A stretch of 64,000 nucleotides of DNA from Tubiluchus corallicola (lineage: Eukaryota > Animalia > Priapulida): positions 124,001 to 188,000 of the forward strand of contig JAQGDQ010000380.1 in the NCBI GenBank assembly GCA_030141605.1, given 5' to 3'. The position numbers and the translations under genes were made by a program. This document shows, piece after piece, positions 1 through 28,081 of this stretch (positions within the stretch are counted from its first letter, which is position 1; every line of letters begins with the position of its first letter). The notes below the pieces were generated by a model. That model was not told where the DNA came from, did not search any database, and saw only the letters and a list, made by a program, of their open reading frames with translations.

Positions 1-1070
1 TCCTTGTCAGTGGTCACTTGAGCTTATAAAAAGGAAAGGTCTACTGTAGATCCTTGTCAGTGGTCACTTGAGCTTATAAAAAGGAAAGGTGTACTGGAGA
101 TCCTTGTCAGGGGTCACTTGAGCTTATAAAAAGGAAAGGTGTACTGTAGATCCTTGTCAGTGGTCACCTGAGCTTATAAAAAGGAAAGGTGTACTGTAGA
201 TCCTTGTCAGTGGTCACCTGAGCTTATAAAAAGGAAAGGTGTACTGTAGATCCTTGTCAGTGGTCACCTGAGCTTATAAAAAGGAAAGGTCTACTGTAGA
301 TCCTTGTCAGTGGTCACTTGAGCTTATAAAAAGGAAAGGTCTACTGTAGATCCTTGTCAGTGGTCACTTGAGCTTATAAAAAGGAAAGGTCTACTGTAGA
401 TCCTTGTCAGTGGTCACCTGAGCTTATAAAAAGGAAAGGTGTACTGTAGATCCTTGTCAGTGGTCACCTGAGCTTATAAAAAGGAAAGGTGTACTGTAGA
501 TCCTTGTCAGTGGTCACCTGAGCTTATAAAAAGGAAAGGTGTACTGTAGATCCTTGTCAGTGGTCACTTGAGCTTATAAAAAGGAAAGGTCTACTGTAGA
601 TCCTTGTCAGTGGTCACTTGAGCTTATAAAAAGGAAAGGTGTACTGTAGATCCTTGTCAGTGGTCACCTGAGCTTATAAAAAGGAAAGGTGTACTGTAGA
701 TCCTTGTCAGTGGTCACCTGAGCTTATAAAAAGGAAAGGTGTACTGTAGATCCTTGTCAGTGGTCACTTGAGCTTATAAAAAGGAAAAGGACTACTGTAG
801 ATCCTTGTCAGTGGTCACCTGAGTTTATAAAAAAGAAAAGGACTACTGTAGATCCTTGTCAGTGGTCACTTGAGCTTATAAAAAGGAAAGGTCTACTGTA
901 GATCCTTGTCAGTGGTCACCTGAGTTTATAAAAGGAAAAGGACTACTGTAGATCCTTGTCAGTGGTCACTTGAGCTTATAAAAAGGAAAGGTCTACTGTA
1001 GATCCTTGTCAGTGGTCAACTGAGCTTATGAAAAGGAAAGGTCTACTGTAGATCCTTGTCAGTAGTCAGT
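1..1070. repeat. 50-bp tandem minisatellite, about 21 copies, running off the window start
   Basis: Unit TCCTTGTCAGTGGTCACYTGAGCTTATAAAAAGGAAAGGTSTACTGTAGA. Confidence 0.97.
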
Positions 1071-1390
1071 GTCATTCATTACGGATTGTCTCCTCCAGCT
1101 TTGCCGCAAATGGGCTGGTTTAATCCCATTCTTCTAGGGTTCACATTTGCATAAGCTGATTGTTCTTACTTAAGAAACTGCAGTTGTACTCAAATAATAA
1201 ATGGTCAATTCAACTCCATGATTTGAATTCTGTTTTAGCTCGAGCGTTTGTGATTGAAGTGCTGAATTATTCGAATCTATAATTTGAGGTTCCAATCGAA
1301 TTCGAACTAAAACTCCTTCGAACGTTTAATGCTCATCAATAACATTCAGCCTTTAATAAGTAAAGTTTATATTTGCCATGAACGATTTAC

Positions 1391-16522
<15,132 letters not shown>

Positions 16523-16759
16523 CTAAATAAGTAATAAACGAATTAGTGAATTCAATTATATCTTGTACACAAACGTTCTAGCAACGAACAAAAGCGTCTA
16601 CTGATAACTTTGTTAAACTCCCCGATGCTAAGGTCAGGTAAGACACGCCACTTCTATTCCAGAAGAATTAGTGCAGTTGAAATATGCTGATATGATTGAG
16701 TTTTAATGTACGAAAACCAGTTTAAACTGGTAGAGAAATTACAATTCGTCGTTTCGTTT

Positions 16760-17590
16760 CTGGAGTCACACATCCACTAACATGACCCCCCCTGATCACT
16801 TTACTCCATGCTGCCCTGTCACCTGCAACCTCCCATGTCTCTGGAATCACACATCCACTAACATGACCCCCCTGATCACTTTACTCCATACTGCCCTGTC
16901 AACAGCAACCTCCCGTGTCTCAGGAGTCACACATCCACTGACATGACCACCCTAATCACTTTACTCCATGCTGCCCTGTCACCTGCAACCTCCCATGTCT
17001 CAGGAGTCACACATCCACTAACATGACCCCCCTGATCACTTTACTCCATGCTGCCCTGTCACCTGCAACCTCCCATGTCTCTGGAATCACACATCCACTA
17101 ACATGACCCCCCTGATCACTTTACTCCATGCTGCCCTGTCACCTGCAACCTCCCATGTCTCTGGAATCACACATCCACTAACATGACCCCCCTGATCACT
17201 TTACTCCATGCTGCCCTGTCCCCCACAGCCTCCCATGTCTCTGTATTTTTGCTATCTAATGGTGTGTTGATCTTTTTGGATGAAATTGATGTAAGTCAGC
17301 AGCTGTCCTCCTTGTGGTTTTTTCTTTCTGCACAGCTTCTTTGAAAGCTAATTTTAATAGACTGTCATCTGGTAGTCGTATAACATGTCCTATCCATCTT
17401 AATCTTCTAATTTTAATTTTCACTGTCTATTCCTCTGCCTTGACTTTATTGTACACATCCTGGTTTGATATTTTCTTTGGCCATTTTAATCCTAGAATGT
17501 TCCAGTAGTTTCTTCTTTGAGATGCATCAATTTCTGATGTGTTGTGCTTAATTGTCAGCAATTCCGAGCTGTAGAGAAACAATAAGCCTT
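16760..17590 (-). mobile_element. RTE-like LINE 3' remnant with its terminal 80 bp tandemly amplified 6 times (16760-17240)
   Basis: ILGLKWPKKISNQDVY...IKIRRLRWIGHVIRL...TWEAVGDRAAWSKVIRG, with stops and frameshifts. Confidence 0.75.
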
Positions 17591-18153
17591 TTAACAGTTT
17601 CGTTGTGCGCACGCGCAGGTCAAAGATTAAGTGTACCACAGCAACGTCCGTCTTAACTACAACCGCCACGTGACATGTGGGTAAAGCAAACCGTCTGTCT
17701 ACTCAGTTCAGTAACGTCAGTTGTTTTACATGGACTTTACTTATTTATGCATTAGTCTGTGCGCAGAGTGATTTACTAGCAGTATCTTGCTTAGGAATAA
17801 GAAAAAATGAACTAGGCAAGGTTCTAGCTAGTAGTTAAAACTGTCACTATTACAACAGCATGGGCTGGGAGGCGTTGTTAATTGGTCTGCATTGTCTGGT
17901 ACACTTAACCTTTGACCTTTTCACGATCATCGTCAATCGCTGAAACTGTGAAAAGGTTTATTGCATTTTTACGTTATTATGAAGTCCGTGGTAACAGTTT
18001 TTCTGAAATAATCAGACTGATTTTGTGGAACATCCGATACTAGAAACAGCTCTGAATAAACATCTTTATCAGCCTCATTATGTGTTTCCATTATTTTCGA
18101 CTTGAGAACATTGCAAGCAAAAACAGTCAGCAGTAAGTATGTACTTATAATGA

Positions 18154-18618
18154 TTAACCCTTTCAGTCCCGAATTATTTTTTAATAAGAAAAATTTTTTT
18201 GGCTTAGTACTTTTGTTCAGTATGTCCATCTTGTTTACACATAATAATTTTTTTCTACCTGTGCCCGCGTGCTAAATATAGCCTGTATCCCACGGGATAC
18301 ATTGGGATTCAATGGAAGCATAAAATGTGCTTCGTTTTGCAACTGCTGATAATTTTTTAAAGTATTTAAGACATTTACTTATGCATGCTATGCTAATCTG
18401 TACAAAGTCGTCTGTAAAGTACTGTACCTTGCACAGTTTTTTGTGCTATGTAGATTTTCTAGTTTGCCATTTTATCACCATTTTTAGTCTCTTGTTATTG
18501 GCTTAAATCAAAATAACTATTAACAGATCAAATGACAGTAAGTTTTAAAATTTTATTAATTTTAAAGGCAGAAAATATTCTCGTATCCCACGGGATACAA
18601 CGGGTATGAAAGGATTAA
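18154..18618. mobile_element. piggyBac-like MITE
   Basis: TTAA-CCCTTTCAGTCCCG ... CGGGTATGAAAGGA-TTAA; palindrome GTATCCCACGGGATAC occurs twice inside. Confidence 0.75.
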
Positions 18619-18689
18619 TCACCGTGTAGCATCGGTTATAGAAGTTATGATAAAAAATTATATATATCTTTCGTCATCTCTTCTAGGTA

Positions 18690-18904
18690 ATGATGAAGAA
18701 GGCACAGTTGTGTGCCCTAGCAATTATCTGCAGTATACTGATAGGCACCTCAGCGACGTCGTGCCCATCTAAGAAGAACAAACACTGTAGCTGCACAGTG
18801 GGGAATGACGATGAACTACGGATAGAGTGTCGAGGTGCAGATGTTGTTCACGTTTCCGGTTACTTAGCGGAAGTAGCCTCACCTGTAGCTTCTCTTGCAA
18901 TAAG
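18690..18904 (+). CDS. LRR gene coding exon 1 (signal peptide plus LRRNT)
   Basis: MMKKAQLCALAIICSILIGTSATSCPSKKNKHCSC...; acceptor TTCTAG ends at 18686, donor AG|GTAAGC. Confidence 0.88.
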
Positions 18905-19793
18905 GTAAGCAGCAGTATGTTGTCTTTGAGGGACAGGAAAACTATTTAATTACATAAGCTAAAAACGACTTGAAATTTTGTACCACCTACATGCATGCTG
19001 AGTCTGTATTATAAGTATTCCTGTATAAAACATGTAAATTTCAGCTGCCACGTGACAGTTTGGCGCCACTATTTTAACGGTTAGTCTTTGAGGGAAAAAT
19101 CTGAACAAGTTTACATAACATTGTAAAGTTCGAAGAATAACCAAAGAGCATTCGTAGCACATTTCACGAACTAAGAAGAAAGAAAAAGAAGAAATAACTT
19201 TATATTGACAATACGTTTTTGGTGAGCCAGTATTGCACACTGGGACAGTGAGCCATTGACGTTTAAAAGCAGCTGGCGCGACTATTTGAAATTACCAAGA
19301 ATTTCCTTTTTCTGTTACATATGTCTGTCAAACAGGTGAGCGTAAGCCGTAATGTTAAGTAGTATAACTTTGTAAGACAAGTTGTTTAGGTCATAGTTTA
19401 AAATTCTCCTTAATTCGATTTCGAGGAGATAATTAATTGACGTCGCAAATAGTGATTAATCATTTCTTCCACAGCCTCCTCATCGTCAGAACGGCGCTGT
19501 AAGGGTGCATATAAAGAAAACGCTTATTATAATAATAACAACCACGACGACGACGACGATGACAACAACAACAACAACAACAACAACGAGAAAAAGACCA
19601 AGAACAACAACAAGAACAGCAACAGCAACAGCAGCAACAACAACAACAACAACAACGAGAACAACAACAACAACAACAACAACAACAAGAACAAGAACAA
19701 CAACAAAGAGAAAAAGGACAAGAACAAGAACAACAAAAACTACAACAACAACAACAACAACAAAGAGAAAAAGAACAAGAACAAGAACAACAA

Positions 19794-19828
<35 letters not shown>

Positions 19829-19854
19829 AGAAAAAGACCAAGAACAACAACAAG

Positions 19855-19888
<34 letters not shown>

Positions 19889-20163
19889 ACAACAACGACA
19901 ATGACAACGACAACAACAACAACAACAACAAAGAGAAAAAGAACAAGAACAAAAACAACAACAACAACAACAATGAGAAAAAGACCAAGAACAACAACAA
20001 GAACAGCAACAGCAGCAGCAGCAACAACAACAACAACAACAACAACAACGAGAACAACAACAACAACAAGAACAACAACAACAAAGAGAAAAAGAACAAG
20101 AACAAGAACAACAAAAACTACAACAACAACAACAATGAGAAAAAGAACAAGAACAACAACAAG

Positions 20164-20197
<34 letters not shown>

Positions 20198-23100
20198 ACA
20201 ATAATGCCCCACTTTTACCTTAAATACCACGCGCCAGGCACGGCAACAGCAGGTACCATTTTTAAAGCCCTTGGTATGACCGGTTGCGTTACCACTAGAC
20301 TAAACCGTCTGATCGTCTGATCGTGGCGCAGCCAAGTCTACGTTGCAATGCAAAGACCCAAAGTAAAATTAAGCCTACGTGTCGTAATTAAAGCTACATA
20401 TATATTTATAAATATACATATATTTGACACGTTTATACAGAAAGAAGCCCGTCTGATTGCGCAGAAAAAACGTTGTGTTGTAGTCAACAACTGAAACTCG
20501 GACCCATGAAGCCACTTTAATGATCTATTAATTTTCCACTCGAACCACTTAAACCCTTCAGTGTCATGAAGCCAAGCAGCTTTCTGGCGAGAACTCATTG
20601 AGAAAAATGACTGCTGTTAATATTTAGGAAAGTAGGAAAGGAAACGAAACAAAAAAGTTTTTAAAAGTTAACGTGAAAACGCCTGAAATATTATGGAGCC
20701 CACAGCCCTAGATTTATGCAAAAACGGAGTTTAACTTTGCTTGATGGAATGCTCGTGTCATTTGGTATAACTTAGGAATCATCTAAGATGCCTAAACAGA
20801 TACATACAAACTTGTTTATACGTATCTAGAGTTTAACTTTGCTTGATGGAATGCTCGTGTCATTTGGTATAACTTAGGAATCATCTAAGATGCCTAAACA
20901 GATACAAACAAACTTGTTTATACGTATCTAGAGTTTAACTTTGCTTGGAGGAATGCTCGTGTCATTTGGTATAACTTAGGAATCATCTAAGATGCCTAAA
21001 CAGATACAAACAAACTTGTTTATACGTATCTAGAGTTTAACTTTGCTTGGAGGAATGCTCGTGTCATTTGGTATAACTTAGGAATCATCTAAGATGCCTA
21101 AACAGATACAAACAAACTTGTTTATACGTATCTAGAGTTTAACTTTGCTTGGAGGAATGCTCGTGTCATTTGGTATAACTTAGGAATCATCTAAGATGCC
21201 TAAACAGATACATACAAACTTGTTTATATGTATCTAGAGTTTAACTTTGCTTGGTGGAATGCTCGTGTCATTTGGTATAACTTAGGAATCATCTAAGATG
21301 CCTAAACAGATACATACAAACTTGTTTATACGTATCTAGAGTTTAACTTTGCTTGGTGGAATGCTCGTGTCATTTGGTATAACTTAGGAATCATCTAAGA
21401 TGCCTAAACAGATACAAACAAACTTGTTTATATGTATCTAGAGTTTAACTTTGCTTGATGGAATGCTCGTGTCATTTGGTATAACTTAGGAATCATCTAA
21501 GATGCCTAAACAGATACATACAAACTTGTTTATACGTATCTAGAGTTTAACTTTGCTTGATGGAATGCTCGTGTCATTTGGTATAACTTAGGAATCATCT
21601 AAGATGCCTAAACAGATACAAACAAACTTGTTTATACGTATCTAGAGTGTAACTTTGCTTGATGGAATGCTCGTGTCATTTGGTATAACTTAGGAATCAT
21701 CTAAGATGCCTAAACAGATACAAACAAACTTGTTTATACGTATCTAGAGTTTAACTTTGCTTGGTGGAATGCTCGTGTCATTTGGTATAACTTAGGAATC
21801 ATCTAAGATGCCTAAACAGATACAAACAAACTTGTTTATACGTATCTAGAGTTTAACTTTGCTTGGTGGAATGCTCGTGTCATTTGGTATAACTTAGGAA
21901 TCATCTAAGATGCCTAAACAGATACAAACAAACTTGTTTATATGTATCTAGAGTTTAACTTTGCTTGGTGGAATGCTCGTGTCATTTGGTATAACTTAGG
22001 AATCATCTAAGATGCCTAAACAGATACAAACAACTTGTTTATATGTATCTAGAGTTTAACTTTGCTTGATGGAATGTCGTGTCATTTGGTATAACTTAGG
22101 AATCATCTAAGATGCCTAAACAGATACATACAAACTTGTTTATATGTATCTAGAGTTTAACTTTGCTTGGTGGAATGCTCGTGTCATTTGGTATAACTTA
22201 GGAATCATCTAAGATGCCTAAACAGATACATACAAACTTGTTTATATGTATCTAGAGTTTAACTTTGCTTGGAGGAATGCTCGTGTCATTTGGTATAACT
22301 TAGGAATCATCTAAGATGCCTAAACAGATACAAACAAACTTGTTTATATGTATCTAGAGTTTAACTTTGCTTGGTGGAATACTCGTGTCATTTGGTATAA
22401 CTTAGGAATCATCTAAGATGCCTAAACAGATACAAACAAACTTGTTTATACGTATCTAGAGTTTAACTTTGCTTGGTGGAATGCTCGTGTCATTTGGTAT
22501 AACTTAGGAATCATCTAAGATGCCTAAACAGATACAAACAAACTTGTTTATACGTATCTCGAGTTTAACTTTGCTTGATCGAATGCTCGTGTCATTTGGT
22601 ATAACTTAGGAATCATCTAAGATGCCTAAACAGATACATACAAACTTGTTTATACGTATCTAGAGTTTAACTTTGCTTGGAGGAATGCTCGTGTCATTTG
22701 GTATAACTTAGGAATCATCTAAGATGCCTAAACAGATACATACAAACTTGTTTATATGTATCTAGAGTTTAACTTTGCTTGATGGAATGCTCGTGTCATT
22801 TGGTATAACTTAGGAATCATCTAAGATGTCTAAACAGATACAAACAAACTTGTTTATATGTATCTAGAGTTTAACTTTGCTTGGTGGAATGCTCGTGTCA
22901 TTTGGTATAACTTAGGAATCATCTAAGATGCCTAAACAGATACAAACAAACTTGTTTATATGTATCTAGAGTTTAACTTTGCTTGGTGGAATACTCGTGT
23001 CATTTGGTATAACTTAGGAATCATCTAAGATGCCTAAACAGATACAAACAAACTTGTTTATATGTATCTAGAGTTTAACTTTGCTTGATGGAATGCTCGT

Positions 23101-26100
23101 GTCATTTGGTATAACTTAGGAATCATCTAAGATGCCTCAACAGATACATACAAACTTGTTTATATGTATCTAGAGTTTAACTTTGCTTGGTGGAATACTC
23201 GTGTCATTTGGTATAACTTAGGAATCATCTAAGATGCTTAAACAGATACATACAAACTTGTTTATATGTATCTAGAGTTTAACTTTGCTTGGTGGAATGC
23301 TCGTGTCATTTGGTATAACTTAGGAATCATCTAAGATGCTTAAACAGATACAAACAAACTTGTTTATATGTATCTAGAGTTTAACTTTGCTTGATGGAAT
23401 GCTCGTGTCATTTGGTATAACTTAGGAATCATCTAAGATGTCTAAACAGATACAAACAAACTTGTTTATACGTATCTAGAGTTTAACTTTGCTTGATGGA
23501 ATGCTCGTGTCATTTGGTATAACTTAGGAATCATCTAAGATGTCTAAACAGATACATACAAACTTGTTTATACGTATCTAGAGTTTAACTTTGCTTGGTG
23601 GAATGCTCGTGTCATTTGGTATAACTTAGGAATCATCTAAGATGCTTAAACAGATACAAACAAACTTGTTTATATGTATCTAGAGTTTAACTTTGCTTGA
23701 TGGAATGCTCGTGTCATTTGGTATAACTTGGGAATCATCTAAGATGTCTAAACAGATACATACAAGCAAGCAAACTTACATTAATAACACTAATCAATGT
23801 TTTGATTTTTACTATTCCAGGTATGGTAACTTTCCTGTCCTGCCAGACAAATTTCTGGAGAAGTTGACATTAAAGGAACTAACAATAACTAACAGTGCCT
23901 TATACAAGATCTCTCTACAAGCCTTCGCAAACTTGGCTTTGCGTAAGTTGGACTTATCTGGGAATGAATTTACCGAGATGCCAGTGTCAATGTTACAATA
24001 CTTGTCTCACTTAGAATATCTGGACTTGTCATCAAACAGAATCAGAAAGGTAAATCTGTTAATATTACAGTAATTCGTATTTACTTCAATTAAATTTTAA
24101 TTTATTTATCTCTTTATAATGCTACAATAAAACATGATTAATAAAAGAATCGCTAATAAGTTTTGAAGAATGGTTAAAATGTATAGATAGTATCTAGAAC
24201 TAGAGAAAGGATAGCGAAAAGATAATTCAATTCAATTAAACTCAATTCAATTCCAATTTATTTATCTCTTTGTAATACTACAATGAAACATGATTAGTAA
24301 AAGAATCTCTAATAAGTTTTGAAGAATTGTTAAAATGTATAGATAGATCTAGAACTAGAGAAAGGATAGCGAAAAGACTATAAAGTCACCTAGTCTGCTA
24401 TCCTTTACCGAATATAGATAAAATGATTTTTAGACACTGGTGGGCATTAATGTTATCAGTTTAATTTAGGAAACATTAGTAATTTTAAAATTATGACATT
24501 TGCTATATAATTAAGTAATCCAGGGTAAAGAAAATACATGTACTTTAATCAGCGGACAACAAAATAAGGTCAATCTTGATTAAACTAAAAATAGCATTTC
24601 GATTTTATATGAAATACAGGTGAAATTTGTTATGAAATGATAAAAACACTTTGGGTTAATAATGCAATTAATCGTTCTTATTAATCGTTAATATTGCAAT
24701 TACTTCGTTCTTTTTCGGGAATCCTCGGTTTCGGAATACACGTGTGAAAGTTGTAACTGTATATTTTAGGTGCTGCCATCTATTGATTAGTTACTTTAAC
24801 ATTTTACTAGTTAAACTCACCCTTAGTACAATTGCTCGGTCCAGTGAATATGCAAACTCACTGGATCTCCCCTATTTTACTGTAATGGGATATGTGAAGC
24901 CAAGTTTTTGCATAGTTCTCTACCTATATAAACTGGCTAGATTTCACTTCTAGCCACTGTCTAATTCTTCGTGATCAGTGCAGGACACTCTGGTCCTCAG
25001 TGTAGTTTAGCAGTCATGTTACATATAACTATGTAGTGTAATAAAAGTGTTTCAGTTTTTGTGCAAACATGTAATATGGTGTTTAGTTGTTTTCTACAAG
25101 TGTTCAACTTCAACTTCGTAACTAACTTTCACAACACGTATTGACTTTATCAATCCATTTTCAGCTCATGTTCACAAAGATGTTAATATATTGCTGTTCT
25201 GCAATCTCTTACCAAATAGCACTTAAAGGAAGACGTGATGACTTTTCATAAACCACCCCATTTTCAAGTGCGGTAAAAAGTATACATACAAAAGTATAAA
25301 AAGTATATTGACGTACAGTGCTACTGTAAGATAGATATTCAGTGTGTTGTACTAAAACTATGAAAGTTTTAAGATAAAAATTTTAAATAAAGATTAAGAT
25401 AAGAGAGCAAGTTTCACGCATGAGCTGTCTAGCGTGTGTAGTTCGTCAGAAACTAATATATCTGAACTGAGAGGTACAGCAGCTGTTTTTTGAGCAATGC
25501 ATTTTCGAAATGCAGGCGCATGTGCTCGTCTAACTAGCGAATGGTGAAATTCATGTAACAGCAAAGAACTATTGGCGTGAATGTGAAGTTGTGTTTGTGT
25601 GGTAATAATTCTTTCACGTAAGTCATTTTGGAAGGAATAGTATGTTTCCTGTAGATTGTTTTGACCTAGTTTAAGATTGGGTCCAGTTTTGATTTAACAA
25701 TAGCATGATTTCGTCCGCTGTTCAACCCATTATTCAAAGTAAATGGTCACATCACTTCCAAGATCACTCATTCTTCTGAACCTGTTAGCCAATCCTTTTA
25801 ACAAAATTCTATTCTGTTTTCCATAGAATCTAGTATTTAATTTGTTAAAGTACCGTCTAAAGTACTGGTGAAAATTCATTATATTAGATTTACACAGAAT
25901 GGTGCAAGGTCTAGGTCACCACCTGTAAAATTTATTAGAATTGCTCTGCGATCACTGCAATGGCCGGTTAGCTCATTTGGTTCGAGTGCAAAGGTCGTGG
26001 GTTCGACACCCGCACTGTCAATTTGCTTTTAATATTTTAAGAAGACTAACATTTGTACCCACAACAACAATACCATTATCGAAATGGATACAATAACAGG

Positions 26101-28048
26101 AGAATGCAGCAAACTCCTGATCACGATGAGGCTCAGAGCTCACTAAAAGATCATTGTCCAAGTACAGCTGCACAAGACAAAAAATGCAGGTAAATTATCT
26201 ATGCAGTAAATTATCATAGGGCATATTCTTGCCGAAGTTTAACACTGTTTATTATTTGCGAAATACTAGGTGAAATTATATTGTAATTAGAGCATACAAT
26301 TGGACAAGACTACGGCCATGTCACGCTGAAAACAGCCTGGTTAGTACTTGGATGGGTGATCGCCTAAGAATACCAGGTTCTGTAGGCCTGCGGGATCCCA
26401 CACTGTATCTCGATACTAGGCCGAGGAGCTGCACAAGCAGCCAATGGCTAGAGGGCGGAGGAGGTCAAGTGACCCAACGGCCATGTGTAGAGGAGTAAAC
26501 CTTCCAAATCAGTAGTGGAACCCCAAAGGCGGACCAGCGCAGCATGCTCACTGACTCCTGCAGCCAACCTGGTGCCAAACGTATCGCTCTGCTTTCCTTT
26601 AGATACACCAGGGAGGAAGAGAGGGGCTTCCTGTTGTCTGGGCAACTTAGGATCTCCATACACCTTGCCCAGGCGTGTGCCCTTAGAGGCCACTCCAGTG
26701 GTTCAAGGATCGGATTGCTCAGCCACATTCGACGCTGCAGCTCCATCAATGTGATCAATAACTGACTCTCTTGGCGCACATTCCATTGTCTTCCGAGACA
26801 AAAGGATGCCAACAATGTGCAATTCCCAAAGCCGTCGGGGCATTCTTACTGATCTATTTTTTATTAAATTACAATACGATACTTTTCCCTTTTCAGATGG
26901 AAGTGTTAAATCTACCAGCGTTGAAGCAGCTAAATTTGGCTTCTAATGGCATTGAATACATGTGCAAGGGATCCTTATCAGGGTTTCCTTCGTTAGAGAC
27001 TTTAGACCTCGGTAACAACAGGTTGGATTACCTGCTGTCAAACGTATTTGGAGAGCAGCAAAAGTTACCCATGCAGATCACATTAACAGGTATGAGGTAT
27101 AATGATGTTAATACATTGCTGTTTAGCAATCAGTCTTACCCAACACCATTCAATAATGATATTGTTTTGTCTGCTACTCAAAATAAATGTTCTACATGAT
27201 TCTACCTATCCACAATCATGACATTTCATAACTCAAACTAACATACGTCATCTCAAATCACTTCCAATGTCACTCATTCTCGACATTAAGCGATGTACAA
27301 TGTTTTATTTAATGGTAATGTTCAATGGTAGTCAACACAAATCAAACTTGTGTATGATATGTACGTCAAACTGTGAAACCCCACGTGGAGAGTTCTTAAC
27401 ATCTTTCCAATCTCTCCATCTCACGTGGAGAGCCAATCCTTCCAACAATTCTATTCTCTTTTCCACAGAATCTAGTATATATGTAGTGTATTCAATTTGT
27501 TAATAAAGTACCATCTAAATCAATATTACAGCACTAGGCCCAGAATACAAACACCATTATAGCTCTGCTTTCTGCCAACAGAAAGAGAAAGGTCCATCAT
27601 TCACACGGTTGCACTTTAGAAACATTTCTAATAAATTCTTCTAGTGGAGTCCCTACCTCAGCTGCTTTTACTCAAGCAAACATTCTTTCACTCACTGACA
27701 TTTTGTTGCATCTTGTTCAATCTAATATTTTCTGCTCGCTTTCTCATAGATCTGCCACACAGACTAGCCACAAGACGCAATTTTTTTTCTTTCACAAGGC
27801 CTAGTCCTTAGCATGTCAGCCTCCTATTTTTGCTCTCCTCTGCCTTCACTTAGTTCACTACTTCTTTAATGAGTCTATCCATTTTATAAAACATCAACAA
27901 CATTAACAACACCAATGACAGCAGCAGCAGTTGCGGCGGCAGCAGTAGCAGTAACAGGAAGAACAAGAACAACAAGCATAAGAACAACAACAACGACAAC
28001 GACCACGACAATGACAACAACAACGAGAACAAGCACAAGAACAACAAC

Positions 28049-28081
<33 letters not shown>

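Noticed and set aside
1079-1177. Possible terminal exon of the EGF gene (for example CAG|TT TCT TAA, or AYANVNPRRMGLNQPICGKAGGDNP*)
   Set aside because: Several weak alternative acceptors and no recognisable domain; cannot be supported without cDNA.
19460-20320. Poly-Cys, poly-Thr and poly-Leu ORFs resembling metallothionein or mucin
   Set aside because: Frames of an (AAC/AGC)n microsatellite; exon 1 joins exon 2 in frame without it.
20727-23765. CRISPR-like appearance (regular palindromic repeats)
   Set aside because: No unique spacers, whole units repeat, no cas genes, eukaryotic intron context. The same applies to the other arrays.
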